Shown here: positions 12,882 to 21,526 of the stretch, piece by piece
How positions within the stretch are numbered: position 1 is the first letter of the stretch
How the letters are laid out: each line of letters opens with the position of its first letter
Origin: Pseudidiomarina andamanensis
GTDB taxonomy: Bacteria; Pseudomonadota; Gammaproteobacteria; Enterobacterales; Alteromonadaceae
Direction of reading: 5' to 3'
Assembly: GCF_009734345.1 (NCBI RefSeq)
Contig: NZ_CP032551.1
Span: forward strand, 1,770,001-1,802,000
DNA: 32,000 bases
Position numbers and translations under genes: made by a program
Notes under the pieces: generated by a model
Seen by the model: the letters and a program-made list of their open reading frames with translations, nothing else
Database searches by the model: none
Told to the model about the DNA's origin: nothing

Positions 12882-12909
12882 ATTTTAGAGATTTAACTGG
12901 CCGCGTCAA
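12882..12909 (-). promoter_or_regulatory. rrn P1-type sigma70 promoter with a UP-element-like A/T tract
   Basis: Minus strand: TTGACG, 16-nt spacer, TAAAAT, then the discriminator GCGCCCC. The upstream sequence AAAAAAACACATAAAAATGTCAAAAAGG is A-rich. It lies about 104 nt upstream of P2, like the E. coli P1/P2 spacing. Confidence 0.65.
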
Positions 12910-13089
12910 GCGCCTTTTTGACATTTTTATGTGTTTTTTTGCCAACTGCCGATTTTATGAACGAAGCGATTCAAAAAGCGACGTAATTTGCTTGATTCGC
13001 CAGCAGTGGCGGTTTCTGCTAGTCTTTAAGGTATGATTTAGTAAGATCAAAAATATAACATTTTGGCTGAGTTTTAGAGGTAATAGAGC

Positions 13090-13638
13090 ATGAATGGCGA
13101 TATTCGTAGTTATCGCGGTATTGAACCGCAGTTCGGTGAACATGTTTATATAGATAGTAGTACGGTAATTGTTGGTGATGTGCACATTGGTGAACATAGT
13201 AGCGTGTGGCCATTGGTATCTGCTCGTGGCGACGTGAATAAGATTCGGATTGGTGCGCGTACCAACGTACAGGATAACTGTGTACTACATGTTAGTCGTA
13301 CCAGTGAAAACAATCCGCAAGGACATCCATTAATTATTGGCGATGATGTGACCGTAGGCCATCACGTGATGTTGCACGGCTGTGAAATAGGTAACCGTGT
13401 TCTTATTGGTATGTCGGCGGTAATCATGGATGGTGCGGTTGTTGAGGATGATGTGATTATTGGCGCAGGCAGTTTGGTGCCACCAGGTAAGACATTAAAG
13501 AGTGGTCATTTATATGTTGGCAGCCCAGTTAAAGAAGCACGGCCACTAACAGAAGAAGAATTAAAATTCTTACCGCAGTCCGCCGCCAACTATGTGATCT
13601 TAAAAGAAGACTATTTGCTGCACGTAACCGCTATATAG
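13090..13638 (+). CDS. yrdA: Gamma-class carbonic anhydrase-like hexapeptide-repeat protein (YrdA/PaaY family)
   Basis: 182 aa. The left-handed beta-helix hexapeptide pattern VIVGDVHIGEHSSVWP...IRIGARTNVQDNCVLH...IIGDDVTVGHHVMLHGCEIG. It lies next to an rrn operon, as yrdA does in E. coli. Confidence 0.88.
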   Translation: MNGDIRSYRGIEPQFGEHVYIDSSTVIVGDVHIGEHSSVWPLVSARGDVNKIRIGARTNVQDNCVLHVSRTSENNPQGHPLIIGDDVTVGHHVMLHGCEIGNRVLIGMSAVIMDGAVVEDDVIIGAGSLVPPGKTLKSGHLYVGSPVKEARPLTEEELKFLPQSAANYVILKEDYLLHVTAI

Positions 13639-13643
13639 AACCA

Positions 13644-16600
13644 TTAGTGGAAATCACGCGAGCGGTTAGCCGATACCCCAAGTTGTGCTAACTGCTCTGT
13701 GCCATCCTCTAAATGCGCAGCGATAACATGAATCACCTCCCCATGAATCTCAACAATACCTTTCACTTTTAATAGTTGAGCCGTGAGATAGGCTTGGCGA
13801 AAATCGCGCGCGGTTTTTTGCCAGATAACAATATTAATCAAACCAGATTCATCTTCGAGCGTGACGAAAGTGACCCCCGATGCGGTACCCGGACGCTGCC
13901 GGCAAGTGACTAACCCAGCAACACGCACAAGCTGTTTATGCCGACATTGCGCCAGTTCACTCGCTAATTTATAACCTTTAAGTTGCTGTTGCTCACGTAG
14001 CAACGCCAGCGGGTGGCGACGCAATGAAACCCCAGTGCTTCGATAGTCAACCGCGATGTCTTGAAACTCAGCTGGTGGTAGTAGGTTGGTGGCAGGCTCA
14101 GCGAGTTGGTCTATAAATAGGGGTAATTGCTCAGCCTGCAAGGCCAAGCTTTGCCATTGGCTTTGGTAACGATGCCCAGCTAATGACCCTAACACATCAG
14201 CAGTTGCTAATTTATGTAAGTCGGGGCCGCTAAGGCCCAAATCACGTAACTGCTGTAACGACTGAAAACCTTGCGCGGGACGCTTTGCCAGTAAAGCGTC
14301 GATACGTGATTGCGAAAGACCTTTAATCAATCGTAGCCCCAAACGCAGTTGCATGCCTAAAGCGCCAGCTTCAAGTTGATGATGCCAGGTACTCTGTTGA
14401 ATGTCGGCAGGGAGCACTGTGATGTGATGCCGCCGCGCATCCTGAATCAACTGATTCGCTGAATAGAATCCCATCGGAAGGCTATTGAGTAAGGCACAAT
14501 AGAATGCCACGGGGTAATAGTACTTCAGCCATGCCGAAGCGTAAGCTAAGTTAGCAAAACTGGCCGAATGCGACTCTGGAAAGCCATACTCGCCAAAACC
14601 ACATATTTGCTGAAAAATCCGCTGCGCGAATTCTTCACTATAACCACGCTCACGCATGCCTTTAATTAATTTGCTTTCAAACTGGCGCAGCTCACCTGAG
14701 CTTTTCCAGTTCGCCATAGCACGGCGTAGTTGATCGGCCTCGCCACCACTGAATCCGGCGGCCACCATGGCGAGCTTGATCACTTGTTCTTGGAAAATTG
14801 GCACCCCTAAGGTGCGCTCTAATACTTGTTTGACTGCCTCGCTTGGAAAGGTGATGGGCTCAAGACCAGCACGTCGGCGTAAATACGGATGAACCATGTC
14901 ACCTTGAATGGGGCCAGGCCGGACAATGGCTATTTGCACCACCAAGTCATAAAACGTCTGCGGCCGGAGGCGGGGCAGCATATTCATTTGCGCCCGCGAC
15001 TCAATTTGGAACACACCAATGGAATCGGCGCGTTGTAACATCTGATACACCTTGGCATCTTCTTGGGGAATATCTGCCAGACCAAGCTCGCGCTGATGAT
15101 GTTGTTGAATCAATTGCAGCATTTTGCGAATAGCTGTCAGCATGCCGAGTGCCAGCACATCGACTTTTATGAGCCGTAATGTTTCTAAATCATCTTTGTC
15201 CCACTGAATGACTGTGCGCTCTGGCATACTCGCATTTTCTACTGGCACTAAATCGGATAGCTCTGTGGAAGCAATCACAAAGCCACCAACATGCTGAGAT
15301 AGATGCCGAGGGAAACCTAGTATCGCGTCTGTCAGCGTCAATAAACAATGCCCACGATGAGTTTTGCCAAGCCCAGGTACTTTCTCTAATAACTGTTGTT
15401 GCCAGCTACTGTGTTGGTCGCGACGATCGATCTGACGTAAGTAATGGCGTAATTCTTGCTCATGGAAGCCCAACGCTTTGCCAACATCAGGCAATGCACT
15501 GCGTAAGCGGTAACGAATGACCGTTGCGGCTAGGGCTGCTCGGTGCCGTCCGTATTTTTGATAAATATACTGAATGACTTCTTCACGACGTTCATGTTCA
15601 AAATCGACATCGATATCGGGCGGCTCATCCCGTTCTGCTGATATAAAGCGCTCGAATAAAACATCAATTTGATCGGGGTTTACTGCCGTTATTTGTAAGC
15701 AGTAACAGACGACTGAATTCGCTGCAGAGCCTCGCCCTTGGTACAAAATGCCGCGTTGCTGAGCAAATTGAACTAAATCATGAATGGTGAGAAAGAAATA
15801 CTCGTATCCCAACTGAGCTATCAGTTGCAGCTCTTTTTCGAGCTTTGCTTTAACATCATCGCGTAACCCTTGCGGAAAACGCTGTTGGGCACCAACGTAG
15901 GTAAGGTCACGCAAATGCTCACTGGCGGTTTTGTCCTCTGGAACCAATTCGGCTGGGTATTCATAACGTAATTCGCTTAAACAAAAGCAGCATTGCTTGG
16001 CGATCACAATACTTTGCGCCAACCAGTCGGCTGTATAACATTGTTGCAGTTGCTCAGGCGTACGTAAGCAGTAATCTTGATTCGGTTTTAGCTGCGCCAC
16101 TTGTGTCTCTAATGGCTGGCGGCGGCGAATGGCGACTAGCACATCGTGTAGCGATTGCCGTTGCGGCTCGTGATAGCACACTTCACATACAGCAGCGACG
16201 GGAATAACCAGCTCGGCACTTAGCTGCTGATAATGGCGATAACGCTGCGCATCATCTGCTTGATAGTGGCGGCTATAAGCGAGCCAAAAGTAATTACCGA
16301 ATGCTTGTTTTAATTGCTCTGCAGTCGATTTGATCAACGCACTGTCAGACTCTTCAAAGCTCTCTTTGAACAGCGGTCGCCATAACAGCGAGCAATGGGT
16401 TAGTGCCTTGGTGAAATCATCAAGGAAAACTTGATAACTGCCTTTCTTACTGCGGTTTCGCGCCGTTGTGATGAGTTGGCATAGTTGCGCATAACCTTGG
16501 CGATTACGCACCAACACAATCAGTGTGCCAATATTTTCTAGGTAAAATTCACTGCCAATAATCAGTCGTAGTGGTTGTTCGCGCGCAGCAACATAAGCGC

Positions 16601-16784
16601 GCACCACCCCTGCTACAGAGCATTCATCGGTAATGGCTAGGGCCTGATAACCACAATCTACCGCGCGCTGTACCAACTCGTGCGGATGTGACCCACCGCG
16701 TAAAAAACTAAAATTACTTAAACAATGCAGGGCAGCAGGGCGTTGATCAACGGCAACTGCCTCTGAATTAACTGAACCAGCCAT
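13644..16784 (-). CDS. dnaE2: Error-prone DNA polymerase III alpha-like subunit DnaE2 (ImuC)
   Basis: About 1046 aa from MAGSVNSEAV. It has the PHP motif LHCLSNFSFLRGGSHPHELV, the pol III alpha core, and an OB fold at the C-terminus. It is the third gene of the imuA-imuB-dnaE2 cassette. The start at 16784 overlaps the imuB stop by 17 nt. The track N-terminal extension to 16889 is rejected. Confidence 0.95.
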   Translation of the reverse strand: MAGSVNSEAVAVDQRPAALHCLSNFSFLRGGSHPHELVQRAVDCGYQALAITDECSVAGVVRAYVAAREQPLRLIIGSEFYLENIGTLIVLVRNRQGYAQLCQLITTARNRSKKGSYQVFLDDFTKALTHCSLLWRPLFKESFEESDSALIKSTAEQLKQAFGNYFWLAYSRHYQADDAQRYRHYQQLSAELVIPVAAVCEVCYHEPQRQSLHDVLVAIRRRQPLETQVAQLKPNQDYCLRTPEQLQQCYTADWLAQSIVIAKQCCFCLSELRYEYPAELVPEDKTASEHLRDLTYVGAQQRFPQGLRDDVKAKLEKELQLIAQLGYEYFFLTIHDLVQFAQQRGILYQGRGSAANSVVCYCLQITAVNPDQIDVLFERFISAERDEPPDIDVDFEHERREEVIQYIYQKYGRHRAALAATVIRYRLRSALPDVGKALGFHEQELRHYLRQIDRRDQHSSWQQQLLEKVPGLGKTHRGHCLLTLTDAILGFPRHLSQHVGGFVIASTELSDLVPVENASMPERTVIQWDKDDLETLRLIKVDVLALGMLTAIRKMLQLIQQHHQRELGLADIPQEDAKVYQMLQRADSIGVFQIESRAQMNMLPRLRPQTFYDLVVQIAIVRPGPIQGDMVHPYLRRRAGLEPITFPSEAVKQVLERTLGVPIFQEQVIKLAMVAAGFSGGEADQLRRAMANWKSSGELRQFESKLIKGMRERGYSEEFAQRIFQQICGFGEYGFPESHSASFANLAYASAWLKYYYPVAFYCALLNSLPMGFYSANQLIQDARRHHITVLPADIQQSTWHHQLEAGALGMQLRLGLRLIKGLSQSRIDALLAKRPAQGFQSLQQLRDLGLSGPDLHKLATADVLGSLAGHRYQSQWQSLALQAEQLPLFIDQLAEPATNLLPPAEFQDIAVDYRSTGVSLRRHPLALLREQQQLKGYKLASELAQCRHKQLVRVAGLVTCRQRPGTASGVTFVTLEDESGLINIVIWQKTARDFRQAYLTAQLLKVKGIVEIHGEVIHVIAAHLEDGTEQLAQLGVSANRSRDFH

Positions 16785-18186
16785 GCAAAAACCAACCTTT
16801 GTCGTTCTGGTAAATCCAACCTTGGCGCTGCCACTTATCCAACGCAATGTAATAGTCGCGGGTAACGGTATCAGCACTCCACCAACCACTCACGATTCGC
16901 TCTGGCCCCCATTGCAATTGCCACTGCTGCCGCTCAATGGGTTGCGCTTCGGGTAACAGCCAATAAGGGCGCCGTAACGATAGAGTTGCGGTGGCTGGTT
17001 TGGCTTGCCACGGCTTAAGACCGCCTTGATACTCCGGTCGCCAATCATCATGCACGTGCAAACTTTGTACCTTAGATTCGCCTAAACGTGCCTGCAACCG
17101 ACTCACTAAAGCACTTAATGAATCAGTCTGTGTTTGCGGTGCGGCAAACATGGTTTGTTCTCGAGCTTGGCGTGGTTCGGGACGTTGTACTCGAACGCTT
17201 AGCGCTAATACCGGCTGTTTGAGTTTTTGTCGCTCTAAGTGCAATTGGCTTAAGCTGAGCAAGTCGCGCTGTTGCCACACCGCATGGGCAAATTGAATCG
17301 GGACTTGGGTTGCTGGTCCGTTGCGGTGATGAGCACGAATCACTAACCCCCGAGTACTCCACTGATGAATTTCTAAGAAGCTTTCAACCTGTTGTAACAA
17401 GCGCTTTAATGGAAACAAAAGCTGGGTCCAGCTATGTACCTCGGTATTCAGCTCAACCTGCTGATCAAACCGATCGGGGGGATGATAAAAATGCTGAGGC
17501 AGCGACAATTCACCAGCAAGTTCGGCAACATATGTCGTCATGGCACGACCAAATCGTACACCAAGCTCAGCTTTTGGTAGCTGCAACACCGCACCAAGGG
17601 TCAGTAATCCGACATCTCGAAGTTTGTCGATTTGTACTGGTGGTAAACCGCTATATTCAATAGGTAATTTGTTAATCGCCGCCTTCACATCTTCAGCTTC
17701 GGCACTGAGTACGGCAGACCCCGAAGCGGCCAATAACTTTGCCGATAGCGGACTGTAGCCACTACTTAAGACATAGCGCAGTGGCCATTGCTGTAAGCGT
17801 GCTTGCATGCGTGCGACCACCCCAGCAAAGCCTTGATGTAGCCGCAATAAACTTTGCACTTCAAACAACAGACCTTGCGGCGGATACAACACAATTTGCG
17901 CCATATCTTGATATAACACCTGAGCGAGCTGCGTCAGCATGGTGCTTTCACGTTTGGCGTTATAGTCATGCAACTTAAGTTCTGGCACCAAGGTGCTAGC
18001 TAGCACCTCCGCCATGCCCACTTCAACACCTTGTTGTAGTGCGGCGGAATTGGCTTGCACCACACTCCGCCGTGCCGCGTGGTTTTGTGTTAACGCGCGC
18101 GGTACGGCACTGAGTTCTGGTGGCTGCAATGCCAACTGATAATCCAGCAACAGGTGTGGAAAATGAAGATATAACCAAGCGTTCAT
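16768..18186 (-). CDS. imuB: ImuB, Y-family polymerase-like accessory protein of the SOS mutasome
   Basis: 472 aa. MNAWLYLHFPHLLLD has the typical ImuB N-terminus. It lies between imuA and dnaE2 with overlapping stop/start codons. Confidence 0.9.
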   Translation of the reverse strand: MNAWLYLHFPHLLLDYQLALQPPELSAVPRALTQNHAARRSVVQANSAALQQGVEVGMAEVLASTLVPELKLHDYNAKRESTMLTQLAQVLYQDMAQIVLYPPQGLLFEVQSLLRLHQGFAGVVARMQARLQQWPLRYVLSSGYSPLSAKLLAASGSAVLSAEAEDVKAAINKLPIEYSGLPPVQIDKLRDVGLLTLGAVLQLPKAELGVRFGRAMTTYVAELAGELSLPQHFYHPPDRFDQQVELNTEVHSWTQLLFPLKRLLQQVESFLEIHQWSTRGLVIRAHHRNGPATQVPIQFAHAVWQQRDLLSLSQLHLERQKLKQPVLALSVRVQRPEPRQAREQTMFAAPQTQTDSLSALVSRLQARLGESKVQSLHVHDDWRPEYQGGLKPWQAKPATATLSLRRPYWLLPEAQPIERQQWQLQWGPERIVSGWWSADTVTRDYYIALDKWQRQGWIYQNDKGWFLHGWFS

Positions 18187-18827
18187 AAAGCACGACGACG
18201 CCTCGGTAAACGAGAATCAACACCACAAGGGAACGCAGGCAATGGCCAACCGAAACGGCGCTTCAAGATGCGAACTGATAAACTATCGGCACGTTCAAGC
18301 TGAAGCCGAGTAACATAAGCACGCGCTTCTTCTTGTTGTTGCCAAGGGGTGATCACAAATGCCAATTTCTGGTGTGCTTCTGCCGCTTGTTGTAAACGTC
18401 GCACTGCCGTTGCACTTAAGCTCGTATGCCAAATTAAAACCGTATCTATCGCATTGCTTTGCAAAGCTTGCTCAGCAGCCCATAGCGCCAGCTTCTCATC
18501 TGGCTCCTGCACCACCACCTGCTGGTGCAACTCAAGATGTTGATAGCTTAGCCCTGGCGCATAAGGTTGAGCCGGCGGGTTGACCCATAGCGCCGTCGTT
18601 TGAGGTTGCGCTAATAAAGGCAACAACAGCGCCAACTCACCAATAAAAGGTTGCTGCACTTGTAATTCATTCACACTGCCTTGTAGCCAACCGCCACCTA
18701 AGCGGGTATCGAGTTCAGCCCAACCACTGCTTAAAAACTGTTGCTCGGCTTTGTGCGCAGGAACTTCTTGGCCTTGCCAGAGCCAACCTTTTTGCACTAA
18801 TGCTTCAACTTGTGCGGGATACGCCAT
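18183..18827 (-). CDS. imuA: ImuA, RecA/SulA-like translesion synthesis protein
   Basis: 214 aa. First gene of the cassette, directly downstream of the LexA box. It has the N-terminal LWQG motif region and ATGA-type overlap with imuB. Confidence 0.8.
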   Translation of the reverse strand: MAYPAQVEALVQKGWLWQGQEVPAHKAEQQFLSSGWAELDTRLGGGWLQGSVNELQVQQPFIGELALLLPLLAQPQTTALWVNPPAQPYAPGLSYQHLELHQQVVVQEPDEKLALWAAEQALQSNAIDTVLIWHTSLSATAVRRLQQAAEAHQKLAFVITPWQQQEEARAYVTRLQLERADSLSVRILKRRFGWPLPAFPCGVDSRLPRRRRAL

Positions 18828-18855
18828 TGCTCACCTCGGCAAAACAGCCACAAAA

Positions 18856-18875
18856 TACTGTATAAATATACAGTA
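18856..18875. promoter_or_regulatory. LexA operator (SOS box)
   Basis: TACTGTATAAATATACAGTA matches 19 of 20 positions of the gammaproteobacterial consensus TACTG(TA)5CAGTA. It lies 29 nt upstream of the imuA start. Confidence 0.85.
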
Positions 18876-18967
18876 CACTTTAGAGCCTTTTTCCGAAGCT
18901 GGCAAGTATTTCGCAAATGGGTATCATAGGCGCATAACTATCATGACAAGCACAATTTGGCGCAAAC

Positions 18968-19870
18968 ATGCTGACAACGTTACTGATTCCGTTTCGATTA
19001 TTAATTAATTTTACTTTTGCTTTGGTTTCCACCGCAGTGATTGGTGCCATTATTATTTTGGTGGGATTACCAAAGTTATTATTACCAATACCTGCTGTGC
19101 AGCGTGTGTTGTCTACTTGGGCCAATGCCGTTTTTCGCTTATGGGGTTATGCCATGTCGGTACTATTTCGACTCACGCAACCCATGCGCTGGCATATTGA
19201 TGGTGACAGCCAACTGCATCGTGACCGTTGGTATATGATCATGGCGAATCATCGTAGCTGGGTCGATATTCTGGTACTGATGCACTTAGCTTGTCGCAAC
19301 ATGCCAATGCCGCGGTTTTTCTTAAAACAACAGTTGATTTGGGTTCCGATTGTTGGCCTCGGGTGCTGGACATTAGACATGCCGTTCATGAAGCGTTATT
19401 CACGCGAGCAAATAGCTAAAAACCCAAAGCTACAAGGTAAAGACATTGAAACCACTCGCAAGAAATGCCAGAAGTTTCGCCATATTCCTACTACGGTAAT
19501 TAACTTTTGCGAAGGCACCCGCTTTACCCCTGAGAAGCATGCAAAACGAAATAGCTCGTTTCAACACTTGTTGCCTCCTAAAGCAGGCGGCACGGCATTT
19601 GCATTGCAGATTATGGGCAATCAATTTGATGCCATATTAGATATTACGATTGTTTATCCTGATGATAAAAAGCCGGCCGTATGGCAGTTACTGAGCGGTC
19701 AGCTACGTGATGTGTATGTAAATGTGGAAACGTTGCCTGTCACCGAAGATTTAATTGGTGACTATTTTGCAGATGAAGCGTTCAAAACGCACTTTCAAGA
19801 TTGGATGAATAAGCGTTGGCTGCGCAAAGATGAAATTATCAACCGCGTACGAGCGGAATTTTTCAACTAA
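18968..19870 (+). CDS. yihG: PlsC-family acyltransferase (YihG-like lysophospholipid acyltransferase)
   Basis: 300 aa. N-terminal TM segment, HX4D motif (NHRSWVDILVL), and FCEGTRFTP motif. Confidence 0.8.
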   Translation: MLTTLLIPFRLLINFTFALVSTAVIGAIIILVGLPKLLLPIPAVQRVLSTWANAVFRLWGYAMSVLFRLTQPMRWHIDGDSQLHRDRWYMIMANHRSWVDILVLMHLACRNMPMPRFFLKQQLIWVPIVGLGCWTLDMPFMKRYSREQIAKNPKLQGKDIETTRKKCQKFRHIPTTVINFCEGTRFTPEKHAKRNSSFQHLLPPKAGGTAFALQIMGNQFDAILDITIVYPDDKKPAVWQLLSGQLRDVYVNVETLPVTEDLIGDYFADEAFKTHFQDWMNKRWLRKDEIINRVRAEFFN

Positions 19871-19889
19871 GCACAGCCTGCTTTCAAAC

Positions 19890-20489
19890 TTATTGCTTTT
19901 CGAGTAAGTATCCAGCCGCTTTCACGAAATCAGTCATGAAATCTTTGCTGTCACGGAAGCCTTCCGTTTTAAGGCGATATTTACCATTCACAATAAAGGT
20001 TGGCGTCGCGTTCACGTTATAGGCACGCATATCGCGGTCCATATCGTTCACTTGCTTCTCAACCAACGGATGCTTCATGGCTTTCTCAAACTTGTCTTTG
20101 CTAATGCCATTCACATGGAAGATAGCCTGTAGCTGCTCTTCTGTGGTGATTTGCTGCTTTTGCGCGTGAATACGCTCATAAAACGCTTGGCTAATTGCTT
20201 CTTCTTTCTTGAACAGCTTCGCTGCCGCAAAACCACGCGCCATCAGCTCAAGGGTTGGATGAGAAACAATGTGTGACTTTTCAAAAGCCTGTGGATAGGC
20301 TTCTTTCATTGCCGCTGCAATTGGTTCAAAACGGTAGCAGTGAATGCAGTAAAACGAGAAGAATTCTTTAATCTCTGGCTTCGCTGTCCCTTGCTCTGCA
20401 ATCACTTCATAGTGAACGTCTTCTTTAAATTCTTGTGCACTTAGCGGCAACATCATGAAAGCGACAACAACTAACAACAACTTTTTCAT
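19890..20489 (-). CDS. dsbA: Periplasmic thiol:disulfide oxidoreductase DsbA
   Basis: 199 aa. Signal peptide MKKLLLVVVAFMMLPLSA, the active site FFSFYCIHCYRFEP, and VNATPTFIVNGKY (cis-Pro loop). It lies downstream of srkA, as in E. coli. Confidence 0.85.
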   Translation of the reverse strand: MKKLLLVVVAFMMLPLSAQEFKEDVHYEVIAEQGTAKPEIKEFFSFYCIHCYRFEPIAAAMKEAYPQAFEKSHIVSHPTLELMARGFAAAKLFKKEEAISQAFYERIHAQKQQITTEEQLQAIFHVNGISKDKFEKAMKHPLVEKQVNDMDRDMRAYNVNATPTFIVNGKYRLKTEGFRDSKDFMTDFVKAAGYLLEKQ

Positions 20490-20527
20490 GGGCAGAACGT
20501 CCTACGGTTTGTTTGTTACGAATAAAA

Positions 20528-21526
20528 TTAATATTGCGGCTGCAATTGAATCGGTGGTTCTTGCAACGCCGCAAATTGTTCTTTTAGTGTCAGCACCTGT
20601 TGTTCCCAGTAACGTTGCTCTGCAAACCATGGGAACGCTCGTTGAAATGCGCTATCACCCCAACGGCGGGCCAACCACGCCATGTAGTGTATGATTCGAA
20701 AACTACGCAAGGGTTCAATTAATTGCGTTTCTTTATTATCGAAATCGCAGAACTCTTGGTAGCCCTCAAGCAATACATCTAGCTGCAAGGTGCGTTCGGC
20801 TCTATCGTCTCCCGCTAACATCATCCATAAGTCTTGAATGGCGGGGCCGGTACGCGCATCGTCGAAATCAACGAACATCAGTTGCTCATCACGCAACAAC
20901 ATATTGCCCAAATGACAGTCACCATGCAAACGTTGTTGCGTAAAGGCGCTCAAATCAACCTGTTTGAGATGGTTTGCTAAGGGCTCAGCGATCGCAAAAA
21001 AGGCGTCATGGAGATTATTCGGCAACAGCGACGACGTACTTAAAGTAGCCAAAGCCTCAGTAACATATTCGTGATAAGATACATTAGGGCGCGTTGCGAA
21101 CTGACGTTGCTTCGCCACTGCATGCAAGCGGCCAATTTGTCGCCCGATACGCTCTAATTGATCGAGATCACCAGGCTCAACGGCTCGCCCACCAACACTC
21201 GGGAATACCGCAAACCGATATCCTTCGTAGTGGTGCAATGTAGCACCAGCAAGCTTTAACGGAGCGACGGCAGGTACTTCTTCATCAAGCAATTCTTGCG
21301 TGAACTGATGCTCTTCAAGAATTTGCGCATCGGTCCACCGCGCCGGGCGATAAAACTTGGCAACGTAACGACGATTGTCATCCGCTATGAATTGATAAAC
21401 GCGGTTTTCATAGCTATTGAGCGCTAATAACCCAGACTGAGGATCAACCCCGACATCCGCAAGCGCATCAGCAATGCGCTCGGGGGTTAGATTATGAAAG
21501 CTAAAATCGTCGTGATGATCACTCAT
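20528..21526 (-). CDS. srkA: Stress response Ser/Thr kinase SrkA (YihE/RdoA)
   Basis: About 332 aa from MSDHHDDFSF. NRVYQF, HGDCHLGNML and FVDFDD are motifs of the YihE family. The track start at 21544 would extend 26 nt into ccoG. Confidence 0.88.
   Translation of the reverse strand: MSDHHDDFSFHNLTPERIADALADVGVDPQSGLLALNSYENRVYQFIADDNRRYVAKFYRPARWTDAQILEEHQFTQELLDEEVPAVAPLKLAGATLHHYEGYRFAVFPSVGGRAVEPGDLDQLERIGRQIGRLHAVAKQRQFATRPNVSYHEYVTEALATLSTSSLLPNNLHDAFFAIAEPLANHLKQVDLSAFTQQRLHGDCHLGNMLLRDEQLMFVDFDDARTGPAIQDLWMMLAGDDRAERTLQLDVLLEGYQEFCDFDNKETQLIEPLRSFRIIHYMAWLARRWGDSAFQRAFPWFAEQRYWEQQVLTLKEQFAALQEPPIQLQPQY

Noticed and set aside
16785-16889. 35-codon N-terminal extension of DnaE2 given in the track (start at 16889)
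   Set aside because: It would overlap imuB by 122 nt. The internal ATG at 16784 gives the usual short overlap, and the conserved PHP-domain motif (LHCLSNFSFLRGGSHPHELV) begins about 20 residues after it.
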